Source: an uncultured virus (IMG/VR IMGVR_UViG_3300027887_000010)
Taxonomy: Duplodnaviria; Heunggongvirae; Uroviricota; Caudoviricetes
Direction: 5' to 3' (one strand)
DNA: 20,000 bases
IMG/VR virus record: IMGVR_UViG_3300027887_000010
Shown here: positions 8,903 through 16,669 of the stretch, piece by piece
How positions within the stretch are numbered: the first letter of the stretch is position 1
Layout: each line of letters opens with the position of its first letter
The notes under the pieces: model-generated
What the model was told of the DNA's origin: nothing
The model's database searches: none
The model's input: only the letters and a program-made list of their open reading frames with translations
Position numbers and translations under genes: made by a program

Positions 8903-9112
8903 TTAGATTCCTTCAATGATATTTTGAGCAGCAAGAAGACTTGCTATAGAATGGCTGTTATTATCGCAAATGTAGGCATTTCTTAATTTTTCAAACCTAA
9001 CAGCAGCTTCACCTTTAAGTGTATAATTCGGACCACGATTCATTTTAATTTGAACAATTCCGGATTTAGAATTTGTCCTTATTTCAGCAATTTTTAATTT
9101 GCTCATAATCAT
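8903..9112 (-). CDS. Hypothetical protein
   Basis: ATGA-coupled to upstream ORF. Confidence 0.6.
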   Translation of the reverse strand: MIMSKLKIAEIRTNSKSGIVQIKMNRGPNYTLKGEAAVRFEKLRNAYICDNNSHSIASLLAAQNIIEGI

Positions 9113-9402
9113 GTCTCAATTCCATTGATAAAACCACGGGCCTTCTTACCATTAAAGACAACTGCCCAATGTTCCCAATCCTTCTTATCGTCAGTGCTAA
9201 TCCAGTAATCCATATACATCCCCGCCTCCCCAATGTTGGCTGAAATTGTACAGGATAAATAGACACCTTTTCCGGTAAAAAGGTTCTTGATCGCTGCCCA
9301 AAGGATGCTGAGGCGACGATGAATGCGCCACTTGGGGGCTACAGTGGCAAAGTCCTTCTTGACTCCTTTTGTAATTCTAATCTCATCCATATACCCATTC
9401 AT
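9109..9402 (-). CDS. Hypothetical protein
   Basis: Packed ORF with RBS AAGGA. Confidence 0.65.
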   Translation of the reverse strand: MNGYMDEIRITKGVKKDFATVAPKWRIHRRLSILWAAIKNLFTGKGVYLSCTISANIGEAGMYMDYWISTDDKKDWEHWAVVFNGKKARGFINGIET

Positions 9403-9405
9403 TGC

Positions 9406-9952
9406 TCATCCTTTCACTAGATCGGCGCGGGTGTAGTGCGCCTCGGTTAGTTTGTCATCAACATACACCTTGCTGAAGCAAAATAGCACTTCATCAATGT
9501 ACTCGTCCCCATAAGTTCTAAGGGTCTTGCCTTGACGGCACAGAGCTACACTGTGCCACTCACCATCTGCTGGGCTAAGTTCTCCAATGTTGTAGCTAAA
9601 CTGTGCATCCTTTGCTACATACTCAGCAACAGGAACAATAAACTCAATAGTCCAGTCTTTATTGCCGAGTGTTGTTTCATCAGGTGTAGGGATTGGAATC
9701 GCTTCACCTTCTCCTGTAAATATAGGTTTGTCTCTTTTCCGTATTTCATCAGCGCAATCGTAACATTGCCCCCCCCCCAATGTTTCCAAGAGTATCGTCA
9801 GCCATTGAGATACATAAAAGAGCGCAAGCTTCTCGTTCCTGGTTAATTACCTCTTTTGTAAATGCAGATAGTTCTACCCATCTTCCGCATTCATCTATAG
9901 CGCATCCAATACCTGTTTTAAAGGCAAGAGTTTCAATTTCTTTTGGTGTCAT
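9406..9952 (-). pseudogene. Single gene split by a frameshift in a G10 tract (EREACA...CADEIR N-part, LamG-like C-part)
   Basis: ORFs 9749..9952 and 9406..9789 fuse into 181 aa if C10 at 9769-9778 is C9. Confidence 0.7.
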
Positions 9953-10257
9953 TTTAATACCTCTTCAATAATCCTGATGTTGTCGCAGCAAGCACTACGG
10001 ATAAAGAAATAGTTGCTTCCACCAAGAGGTGCGCCTGCTGCATAGATAAGGTCATTAACACTTTTCCAATCCGCAAGGCTCTTCTTTAGCAAGTCATCTT
10101 TATCCATAACTTGCTTCTCAAGGTCTTTAACATAACTCTTCTCCCTACGAGCCAACTCGGTCACAGTGTCCCCATATTGATGAACCCCTTCATGACCAGC
10201 ATCCAGGATGCAGCCAGACGGACCTGCAAAGCCCCTACTCCCGCAGATCGGCTTCAT
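9949..10257 (-). CDS. Hypothetical protein with C-x8-C-x4-GHxGxH N-terminus and coiled coil
   Basis: ATGA-coupled at both ends. Confidence 0.7.
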   Translation of the reverse strand: MKPICGSRGFAGPSGCILDAGHEGVHQYGDTVTELARREKSYVKDLEKQVMDKDDLLKKSLADWKSVNDLIYAAGAPLGGSNYFFIRSACCDNIRIIEEVLK

Positions 10258-10736
10258 ATTTTCAACTCCTTCGCTTTGTAGAGCGGAACTAGCGACGGTG
10301 CGATCTTGTGAGTTGCAACTTGAAACCCTTGTTTGCTAAATGCCGTGAAGTATTCTTGACTTATCCAAGCAACAGGCTCCGCATCACAGAGAATGAAGTC
10401 TTTTAAGTCGGAGATGGAGGCGAGTTCTGCCTGTATGTTGGCCTTATCATCAGGGTGAAGGTTATCATCTTTGAGTTGAGCCTCAAACCACTGGCGCATC
10501 ATAACGACCTGCTTCTCGCGCCTGGCGAGTTGTTGTTTGGCCTGTGCTTCATAGGCAATCTGATGTGCATTAAGTGCGGCGAGTTGCTGCTCAAGTTCTG
10601 AAATGCGTTTTGCTGCAACAGACTCAGCAATATTCAGCATCGTATGATTAGACATTGCAAACTCAGAAGACAATTTTGCGGCACCGTGTTCAACAATCGC
10701 ACGATTGAGTTCGCGCTTTTTCTTTGCCGCGCTCAT
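10254..10736 (-). CDS. Hypothetical coiled-coil protein (paralog of 10960..11346)
   Basis: Start re-set to MSAAKK (RBS AAGGA); C-terminus DLKDFILCDAEP...LYKA shared with paralog. Confidence 0.7.
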   Translation of the reverse strand: MSAAKKKRELNRAIVEHGAAKLSSEFAMSNHTMLNIAESVAAKRISELEQQLAALNAHQIAYEAQAKQQLARREKQVVMMRQWFEAQLKDDNLHPDDKANIQAELASISDLKDFILCDAEPVAWISQEYFTAFSKQGFQVATHKIAPSLVPLYKAKELKI

Positions 10737-10738
10737 TT

Positions 10739-10963
10739 CTACATGTCCTTGTCGATTGCTGCTTGATGCGCCGCCCAATTTGCTACCTGCTCTGGGGTCA
10801 TCTCGTCGGGGCAATATTCCAGCATCAAGGCATCAATCTTGGCCTGATTGGCTGCGAGTTGCTGCTCCAGTTCTATGATCAAATCTATCGCCGTGTCCAA
10901 AATCGGAGTCCCGAACGGGCAATTTAGAACAAGCTGGTTGAATACTTGTTGTCTGGTAGTCAT
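10739..10963 (-). CDS. Hypothetical phage protein (KIDALMLEYCPDEMTPEQ motif)
   Basis: ATGA-coupled, RBS GAGG; motif recalled from other phage accessory proteins. Confidence 0.75.
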   Translation of the reverse strand: MTTRQQVFNQLVLNCPFGTPILDTAIDLIIELEQQLAANQAKIDALMLEYCPDEMTPEQVANWAAHQAAIDKDM

Positions 10964-11346
10964 GTCTTCCTCGCTTTGTAGAGTTTCGTGCCGTTCGGTA
11001 TTCCCCCGGCCTGAACCAAAAACTGAATAGTCTTGAATATCTGTCCCTGCGGCGCCCCTTTGACAACAGCTTGAGGAACCGCGTCACAGAGGATGCAGTC
11101 CGACAGATCGTTGGTGGCGGCGAGTGCTTCCCTGAACTTCTTTGAATGCGCCGAGGCGTTGCAATGCAAATCAACATCTTTCAGAGCATCCCGCAGCATC
11201 ACGTTCTGCTTCCTCGCTTCTTCGAGTTGCCGTTCGAGCGTGATTAGTAATTCAGAAATAATCCGCCTGTCGCCTTCGGATCCATTAATACACACACGTC
11301 CTTCGGAATCACATAAGACAGATTTAAGACCTTCGATTGGATTCAT
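10960..11346 (-). CDS. Hypothetical coiled-coil protein (paralog of 10254..10736)
   Basis: Start re-set to MNPIEG (RBS AAGGAG); C-terminus DLSDCILCDAVP...LYKA. Confidence 0.7.
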   Translation of the reverse strand: MNPIEGLKSVLCDSEGRVCINGSEGDRRIISELLITLERQLEEARKQNVMLRDALKDVDLHCNASAHSKKFREALAATNDLSDCILCDAVPQAVVKGAPQGQIFKTIQFLVQAGGIPNGTKLYKARKT

Positions 11347-11474
11347 TTCAACTCCTTTACACAACTTGCACAAAGACGACGTTTATATCCACCCCACATG
11401 AGAAATTTACTACCAAGAACGGAGCAATATGAATTTCCACATCTACAACATTGCCAAGTGACAGTATGACCCAT
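11343..11474 (-). CDS. Small Zn-finger-like protein (CCRC...CASC)
   Basis: Start re-set to MGHTVTWQ; two CxxC pairs; ATGA-coupled to downstream gene. Confidence 0.55.
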   Translation of the reverse strand: MGHTVTWQCCRCGNSYCSVLGSKFLMWGGYKRRLCASCVKELK

Positions 11475-11475
11475 T

Positions 11476-11658
11476 TCATTCATCCAATAGAATACCGACA
11501 ATGACAAAAATAAAAGCCGAAGCCGCATAACCCAATAGAGCCGGTTGTATTTGATTTGTCCATGCAGCAACTCCAATTCCAATTGCTATTGGAACAAGAA
11601 AAGCGCAAGTGCCAGACTTGACTACAAGCGAGATATATTTTCGTTCCTGCTCACCCAT
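11476..11658 (-). CDS. Small two-TM membrane protein
   Basis: Two hydrophobic stretches; RBS GAGG. Confidence 0.65.
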   Translation of the reverse strand: MGEQERKYISLVVKSGTCAFLVPIAIGIGVAAWTNQIQPALLGYAASAFIFVIVGILLDE

Positions 11659-11718
11659 ATTACACCTCAGATAATAAATAAAAGACCACCGATTGCTATT
11701 GCGACAATGGAAATTGTC

Positions 11719-11916
11719 TTAACAACTATTGGAAATGAACCAAATTCCGAATCCAGTTCCGAGCTTACCTCGACCGTGTAATTTAAAGGATTTCTCGGAC
11801 ATATTGGCCCATAGACCGTTCTTTGTTGCAGCATCATACATTACTTTTCCGTAAGGATTTCCAAAATCATCGAAACCCCCTAGATCGGGACCAATCCAGT
11901 AACGAACATTGCTCAT
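11719..11916 (-). CDS. Hypothetical phage protein (YDA.T..G.WA.M...GKLGTGFG), possibly 3'-truncated
   Basis: Starts 2 nt after upstream stop; recognisable motif pattern. Confidence 0.6.
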   Translation of the reverse strand: MSNVRYWIGPDLGGFDDFGNPYGKVMYDAATKNGLWANMSEKSFKLHGRGKLGTGFGIWFISNSC

Positions 11917-11918
11917 TT

Positions 11919-12164
11919 TTATTCGTCTCGATTATATTGTTCAAGAATTTGTGCTTCAATTTTTTCAATATCGTCTTCTGTCATCTTGCGTTCTAACCAA
12001 GATGCCTTATAACCTTTTCTATCTAAAACTTCAAATTCAATTTCGTGATAGCCATAATAATCAAGATCGCTAGGCGCATTATAATTGAAACTACCTTTGA
12101 CCACATGGCAACGTGTGACGTCAATTAAGCAAGGAATTCCTTGAATTTGGCTTACAAGTTTCAT
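11919..12164 (-). CDS. Conserved hypothetical phage protein (GIPC...SDLDYYGY...VLDRKGY..WLERKMT)
   Basis: First gene after promoter 12195-12223; motif recalled from proteobacterial phages. Confidence 0.8.
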   Translation of the reverse strand: MKLVSQIQGIPCLIDVTRCHVVKGSFNYNAPSDLDYYGYHEIEFEVLDRKGYKASWLERKMTEDDIEKIEAQILEQYNRDE

Positions 12165-12194
12165 TCAACTTACCTTTATTTAGTTAATGAATGT

Positions 12195-12223
12195 ATTGTA
12201 CGGCAAAATTTAACAGATGTCAA
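12195..12223 (-). promoter_or_regulatory. sigma70 promoter
   Basis: TTGACA-17 nt-TACAAT. Confidence 0.8.
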
Positions 12224-12243
12224 GTAGTATGTTTCTTCTAGAT

Positions 12244-12483
12244 TTAACTATAATTTACATCAGTAGGCTTTGCCAAAAACAAGAATTTCAATATCAGTAC
12301 CTCGTGGAATTCGTTGGTTAATAAAGACAATATCATATTTTTATTAAGATTCATACCTTCTAGATTAGTTTTATCAGCCATTTCTTTTTCAAGAGCGGGC
12401 AATCCTCCTGGAAATAAATCAGCATAGTGAAGAATTTGCCTTTTTTGAATTTGTAGAGCTTCTTTTGGAGTAATTTTAAACAT
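12244..12483 (-). CDS. Hypothetical protein (possible frameshift near 12340)
   Basis: Start re-set to MFKITP (RBS GAGG). Confidence 0.55.
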   Translation of the reverse strand: MFKITPKEALQIQKRQILHYADLFPGGLPALEKEMADKTNLEGMNLNKNMILSLLTNEFHEVLILKFLFLAKPTDVNYS

Positions 12484-12484
12484 C

Positions 12485-12580
12485 TTACGCCTCGTATGCT
12501 TCGTCATTATCAAATGTACTTTTTGCAAAAAGCAAAGGAACAAAGAAACCTGAACAAAACCAGATAAATAAAATGGTCAT
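12485..12580 (-). CDS. 31-aa hydrophobic peptide MTILFIWFCSGFFVPLLFAKSTFDNDEAYEA
   Basis: Below ORF-track cutoff; RBS AAGG; fills the gap between neighbours. Confidence 0.5.
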   Translation of the reverse strand: MTILFIWFCSGFFVPLLFAKSTFDNDEAYEA

Positions 12581-12588
12581 AATCTACC

Positions 12589-12825
12589 TTATTGACAAGT
12601 ATTAAGAATACTTCGTATTTCGCTAAATGTTCTTTTAGCTCTGCTAATATCCATACTAAGACAAGCTCTTTCAGGGATTAGATTTGTGATATAATTTTTA
12701 TCAGTTTGAATCATCCAATCTACAAAATTAGGGGAATTAATAATCTCTGAAGCTTCTTTTAGCAAAGAAGTAAGTTTGTCGAAATCGGCTTCCGCATAGC
12801 TAGAATCCGGATAACCTTTAGGCAT
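12589..12825 (-). CDS. Hypothetical protein
   Basis: RBS AAGGA. Confidence 0.65.
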   Translation of the reverse strand: MPKGYPDSSYAEADFDKLTSLLKEASEIINSPNFVDWMIQTDKNYITNLIPERACLSMDISRAKRTFSEIRSILNTCQ

Positions 12826-12843
12826 TATCTTTCCTTATGAATG

Positions 12844-13041
12844 TTATGGAACAAAAGAATGAACTGTTGTCTCTGTATTTTCACACTCCAACGTAACATC
12901 AATAAGTTCCATGAGGTGCGCTACAGTTTGATTATAAACTTCATCTTGCCCCTCTTCTACAATTCCATCTTCAGGTAGAAAGGAAAGACCCATTTGAAAT
13001 GCTTGAAGTTGAGCTTCGCTGACGATAATGGTATAGTTCAT
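12844..13041 (-). CDS. Small acidic hypothetical protein
   Basis: RBS AAGGTG; Glu/Asp-rich. Confidence 0.65.
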   Translation of the reverse strand: MNYTIIVSEAQLQAFQMGLSFLPEDGIVEEGQDEVYNQTVAHLMELIDVTLECENTETTVHSFVP

Positions 13042-13078
13042 GGATTACACCTTTTTCTGGTAGAAAGGGATTGAATAT

Positions 13079-13303
13079 TTATGCCGCTTCTTTAGCAGCA
13101 AGGATTTCATTCATTTTAACCTGCAAGGCAGCGACAACTTGATCCACAGTGGCATTGCGCTTGAGACCGCAGATACGTTTAGCTTGAGCAGACATACTAC
13201 GACCAGACGAATGACGCAATCCAACAGCTTCAAGCTTGACTGCACCTTTGAGGGCAGCAAGTTGGAAATACGTGATACCTGAACCTGTAAGAACTGTGGT
13301 CAT
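13079..13303 (-). CDS. Small basic hypothetical phage protein
   Basis: TAATG coupling with upstream gene. Confidence 0.7.
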   Translation of the reverse strand: MTTVLTGSGITYFQLAALKGAVKLEAVGLRHSSGRSMSAQAKRICGLKRNATVDQVVAALQVKMNEILAAKEAA

Positions 13304-13485
13304 TAGAGTTTCTCCAACGATTTAACATAAGTACGACGTGTATTATCTTCACCGTCATAAAGGACATCGACAAGATCTTCTTCATCGAAAGACGTAGAAA
13401 TTAAACTTTTTACAGTTCCGGGATGATATTTCAGCTCTATCCAATACGTTCCGACATATTTTACCCTATCACCAATCTTAAGCAT
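13303..13485 (-). CDS. Small SH3/KOW-like beta-barrel protein
   Basis: KIGDRVKY...GTV...VDVLYD...LEKL pattern; RBS GGAG. Confidence 0.65.
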   Translation of the reverse strand: MLKIGDRVKYVGTYWIELKYHPGTVKSLISTSFDEEDLVDVLYDGEDNTRRTYVKSLEKL

Positions 13486-13525
13486 TTTAATCTCTCCGTG
13501 TTTGCAAAATTACTTCACTGAAACC

Positions 13526-13554
13526 ATTATACCGAACTATTTTACGTCTGTAAA
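13526..13554 (-). promoter_or_regulatory. sigma70 promoter
   Basis: TTTACA-17 nt-TATAAT. Confidence 0.75.
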
Positions 13555-13730
13555 GACTTCTTACGTTCAGAAGAAATAAAATTACTGTCATTCCAACGAC
13601 GGACTTGTTGATGAGCTTGATGCCAAAGTTTGTATGATAAAGGTTTGACGTGATGCGTTACACGCCACCATCCCTTATATCTATATAAGTGAGGCTTATT
13701 CTCGCCAACAATTCTTATTCTACTTGGCAT
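13542..13730 (-). CDS. Hypothetical basic protein
   Basis: TAATG coupling, RBS GAGG. Confidence 0.6.
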   Translation of the reverse strand: MPSRIRIVGENKPHLYRYKGWWRVTHHVKPLSYKLWHQAHQQVRRWNDSNFISSERKKSLQT

Positions 13731-13906
13731 TACTCTTCCTCTACTTCAACAGAAACAGCATTCCAAAGATTACGTCCTTTATCTATGCAACTTTGAATAT
13801 GCTTTGCATGAGCTTGAGCAATTCGTTTTGTTTTCCAGGATGTACGACCTTTGACACTTAGATAAAGACCTTGTCCATTTTCCGTAATGAGTTTAACAGA
13901 ATACAT
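13730..13906 (-). CDS. Hypothetical protein
   Basis: Start re-set to MYSVKL (RBS AAGGA). Confidence 0.6.
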   Translation of the reverse strand: MYSVKLITENGQGLYLSVKGRTSWKTKRIAQAHAKHIQSCIDKGRNLWNAVSVEVEEE

Positions 13907-13907
13907 T

Positions 13908-14183
13908 TTAATTATCCTTTTTCCAAAGTTTAGCAGAAGCAGGACCACGAGCAACACCATCCAAAACAGATAGTGAGACAAAGTGAGTTGAACTTTGCCA
14001 GCTTTTACGAGGGAGGTCTTTTTGAACATTCCATTGAGCCTTCCGTCCAGATAGTGTATCTTGATTACCAGATAGCACTCGGACAAGATTTGCAGCCATT
14101 TCAGCGCCGAGCTTTTGTGTTGGAAGAACAACAGCTTCTGCTAACGGTCCGCCACGAACTCCAAACTCAAGAACGGTTTTCAT
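13908..14183 (-). CDS. Hypothetical protein
   Basis: Start re-set to MKTVLEF (RBS GAGG). Confidence 0.65.
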   Translation of the reverse strand: MKTVLEFGVRGGPLAEAVVLPTQKLGAEMAANLVRVLSGNQDTLSGRKAQWNVQKDLPRKSWQSSTHFVSLSVLDGVARGPASAKLWKKDN

Positions 14184-14484
14184 TTTCTTCCTCAATGCGA
14201 TAAACGAGTTTGCTATTATTTTCAAAGTTAATATGGATTACACGGTTTTCAGGATAGAACATCAAATTTTTAGCTTTCGGCCAATCACAGTAAGATTCCA
14301 AACCGTCATAAGTCAGTCCAAATCCTACAGAATTAACAGATGTTATTTGTCTAGGTAAAAGTTTGAATTTATGTTGTGCGTCCGGATTACCATTTACCTG
14401 AAAGCATAGAAGCGTCATCTTACCAGTATTTTCGAGGGATTTAATATAACGCTTTAGTTCAGCAAGGCTATTTGGGAAAGACAT
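14167..14484 (-). CDS. Hypothetical protein
   Basis: RBS GAGG. Confidence 0.65.
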   Translation of the reverse strand: MSFPNSLAELKRYIKSLENTGKMTLLCFQVNGNPDAQHKFKLLPRQITSVNSVGFGLTYDGLESYCDWPKAKNLMFYPENRVIHINFENNSKLVYRIEEENENRS

Positions 14485-14485
14485 T

Positions 14486-14668
14486 TTAGTTCCTCAAGTC
14501 GTAGGCAGCTTCTGCAACTTCTTGGGCATGTTCAATGTTATGTCCTTTTCGCATGAGTTTGCTTATTGCAGCTCCAATTTGATCATAATAACCCTGACCA
14601 CGCTTCTCTGCACGATCAATCTCTTTCAAAGCCAGGTCTATTTCATCTTGGTTAAGAGTAATGTTCAT
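14486..14668 (-). CDS. Hypothetical protein
   Basis: RBS GGAGG. Confidence 0.65.
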   Translation of the reverse strand: MNITLNQDEIDLALKEIDRAEKRGQGYYDQIGAAISKLMRKGHNIEHAQEVAEAAYDLRN

Positions 14669-14745
14669 TTAACAGAACCTCCAATCACAATTATAATCAA
14701 GAAAGCAATAATTAAAAGTATCACCATTCCAGAAAGACTAGGCAT
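14665..14745 (-). CDS. 26-aa single-TM peptide MPSLSGMVILLIIAFLIIIVIGGSVK
   Basis: Below cutoff; overlaps both neighbours (ATGA coupling downstream). Confidence 0.5.
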   Translation of the reverse strand: MPSLSGMVILLIIAFLIIIVIGGSVK

Positions 14746-14920
14746 TACAATATTCTTCAAAATTAACGGGTTGATAACCATTTGGAGATTTTTCATCAAT
14801 TTTGGCAAAATAACCTATTGTCCCGCGATGCATTGCAATAAGGTATTCTGAATATCCAAACTTAGATGAAACAGGAATAAAAATATAACCTTGTTTGAGC
14901 TTTGCATTATTGAATTGCAT
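14738..14920 (-). CDS. Hypothetical protein
   Basis: First gene after promoter 14948-14976; RBS AAGG. Confidence 0.6.
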   Translation of the reverse strand: MQFNNAKLKQGYIFIPVSSKFGYSEYLIAMHRGTIGYFAKIDEKSPNGYQPVNFEEYCNA

Positions 14921-14947
14921 TTATGCGACCTTTCAACTTATGAATTA

Positions 14948-14976
14948 ATTATACACGGATACTTTACATCTGTAAA
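14948..14976 (-). promoter_or_regulatory. sigma70 promoter
   Basis: TTTACA-17 nt-TATAAT. Confidence 0.78.
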
Positions 14977-14981
14977 GTATC
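14958..14981. promoter_or_regulatory. Perfect inverted repeat over -35 box, putative operator
   Basis: GATACTTTACA-TC-TGTAAAGTATC (11-2-11). Confidence 0.6.
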
Positions 14982-15851
14982 TTACAAATCGGATTCAATC
15001 ATAGCAACGTATTCGTTAAAGGATAGTTCCTTTGCTTCTTTGTATGTAGCATGAGCAGCTTTGACTTGTTCGTTAAGAATCTCCATTTGGTTTGCGCGAT
15101 ATACAATAGCGTCCTTCCAAGCTTCCCTGCATTCAAATATATACCGTTGCCAGCGCCCCCGTTGCGCGGCATTGCTTTCCTTTTGCAATGCGCTCTCCAA
15201 CATACCCTGAGCCTTTATAGTTTGTTGGTGATTACTGTCACTCCATCCTCCTGGGTCTTCCCCTTTATTCAAACAGATTACAAGATGGTTTTCGGCAATT
15301 TCAGGTGTCCGAATCAAACCAACATATTTGGATTCAAATCCCTTTAGCCGCAGAAGTTTAGCAGCATGAAGCGGATTGACCGCCATGACGTTCTTAATGT
15401 GGTTATCAAATGCAACTTGCTCAGAAACAGCTAGGCGATTCAGCCAGGGTTTAGCCTCTTCAGTTTGGACATAGCCAATCTTGGGCTGCGGCAACAAGGA
15501 TTCCTCACTTGGGAAGAATGGCATTGCATTTGTGATATTAACCTTTTGTTCAACTTGTTCCGGAATAGGACTGACCACATGGTTTGAAACGGATTCATGT
15601 ACTTTGCGATCAAATGCTTCCGCGTCAAACTTAAATGGGAGCATTGTATTGACAGCCGGTTCATGATGTGCTAACGATTCATCAACGGTGACAGGCTTAT
15701 TTGGAATGGAGTAGTCCTTGATAACAAGTGGAGGTGGGGCCTCGTATGTTGGAAGCCGTTCAACATGCTCTTCGGGAGTTGGCGCAGGATCCTCCGCTTC
15801 TTCAATTTTGGGAGTATTGAGTGCAGCCAGCCAAGATGGTTTATTGCTCAT
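14982..15851 (-). CDS. Hypothetical protein, Pro/Glu-rich N-terminus and helical C-terminus
   Basis: 289-aa ORF overlapping upstream gene. Confidence 0.8.
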   Translation of the reverse strand: MSNKPSWLAALNTPKIEEAEDPAPTPEEHVERLPTYEAPPPLVIKDYSIPNKPVTVDESLAHHEPAVNTMLPFKFDAEAFDRKVHESVSNHVVSPIPEQVEQKVNITNAMPFFPSEESLLPQPKIGYVQTEEAKPWLNRLAVSEQVAFDNHIKNVMAVNPLHAAKLLRLKGFESKYVGLIRTPEIAENHLVICLNKGEDPGGWSDSNHQQTIKAQGMLESALQKESNAAQRGRWQRYIFECREAWKDAIVYRANQMEILNEQVKAAHATYKEAKELSFNEYVAMIESDL

Positions 15852-16284
15852 TGTTTTCTACCTTAATTGATTTGAGTTTAAGATATTCTGAATGCATTCC
15901 CGCGACAAATTTATTCCATTGTTCAATAGCTTCCCTCCTCTGTCGGATAGCATTTTGCCAATTTTCCTTGGCAACAAGGAGAGCTGAGTTTTCAACTTGA
16001 ATTTTATTCTTTTTATTGTTTCGATATCGTTTATTTTGAGCGCGTCGAATAGCAGCTTTATCTTCTTTGATAAATTGAAGAATTTGGCATTTAGCATGTT
16101 CGCAGGCATCACTGACTGTGAGTATATAACAGCTAATAAAAGGCGAGTAGATTCTGTTTGTAATAAGAAAGCGAAGGATTGCAAGGTCAAATGGATCGTA
16201 GCGACCTTCTCCTTCTTTATAGATAGGAGCTTCCGCTTTATATGCATTAATCAATTCAATTTGTTCTGGAGTAAAATCAAACAT
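15841..16284 (-). CDS. Hypothetical protein with basic/helical C-terminus
   Basis: RBS GAGGG; TATAAT at 16313-16318 upstream. Confidence 0.75.
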   Translation of the reverse strand: MFDFTPEQIELINAYKAEAPIYKEGEGRYDPFDLAILRFLITNRIYSPFISCYILTVSDACEHAKCQILQFIKEDKAAIRRAQNKRYRNNKKNKIQVENSALLVAKENWQNAIRQRREAIEQWNKFVAGMHSEYLKLKSIKVENNEQ

Positions 16285-16669
16285 TATAAACCCTCATTAA
16301 GCTGTAATTTTTATTATACTCGCTGCTCGCTATGCTTGCCCGAGTATATGTAGGCCGGGAGCAAAATTTGCTAAGACCCCCCCCCTTATAAGTTGGGGTG
16401 TATCAGTAGGCCGTTTTACTAAAAAGTGCCTTGATATGATATAAATTGCCCCCCCCCCCTCAAATATGACTATTTTTAACTAATTTAATGCTAACTTGTT
16501 GTTTTATATACCTTTTTACTCTATATTGATTTTTATATAAAACTGCTATAGTTGATCCCATGATACTTCTAAGGAAAAAAAAACAAATATATATTTTATT
16601 TGGAAGTTTTAAAAAGTTCGGGAGCGTTATTTTATTTAATTTTGGGGTGTTTTTACCCTACTTTTACAT

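Noticed and set aside
14958..14981. Palindrome as terminator or bidirectional promoter
   Set aside because: AT-rich stem without a T-tract; no plus-strand -10 at the proper distance
5062..16353. Remaining plus-strand ORFs in the track
   Set aside because: All antisense to packed minus-strand genes; no independent support
9765..16459. Same ATTG-C10 context at 9765 and 16445 as recombination sites
   Set aside because: Only four shared bases beyond the homopolymer; likely chance
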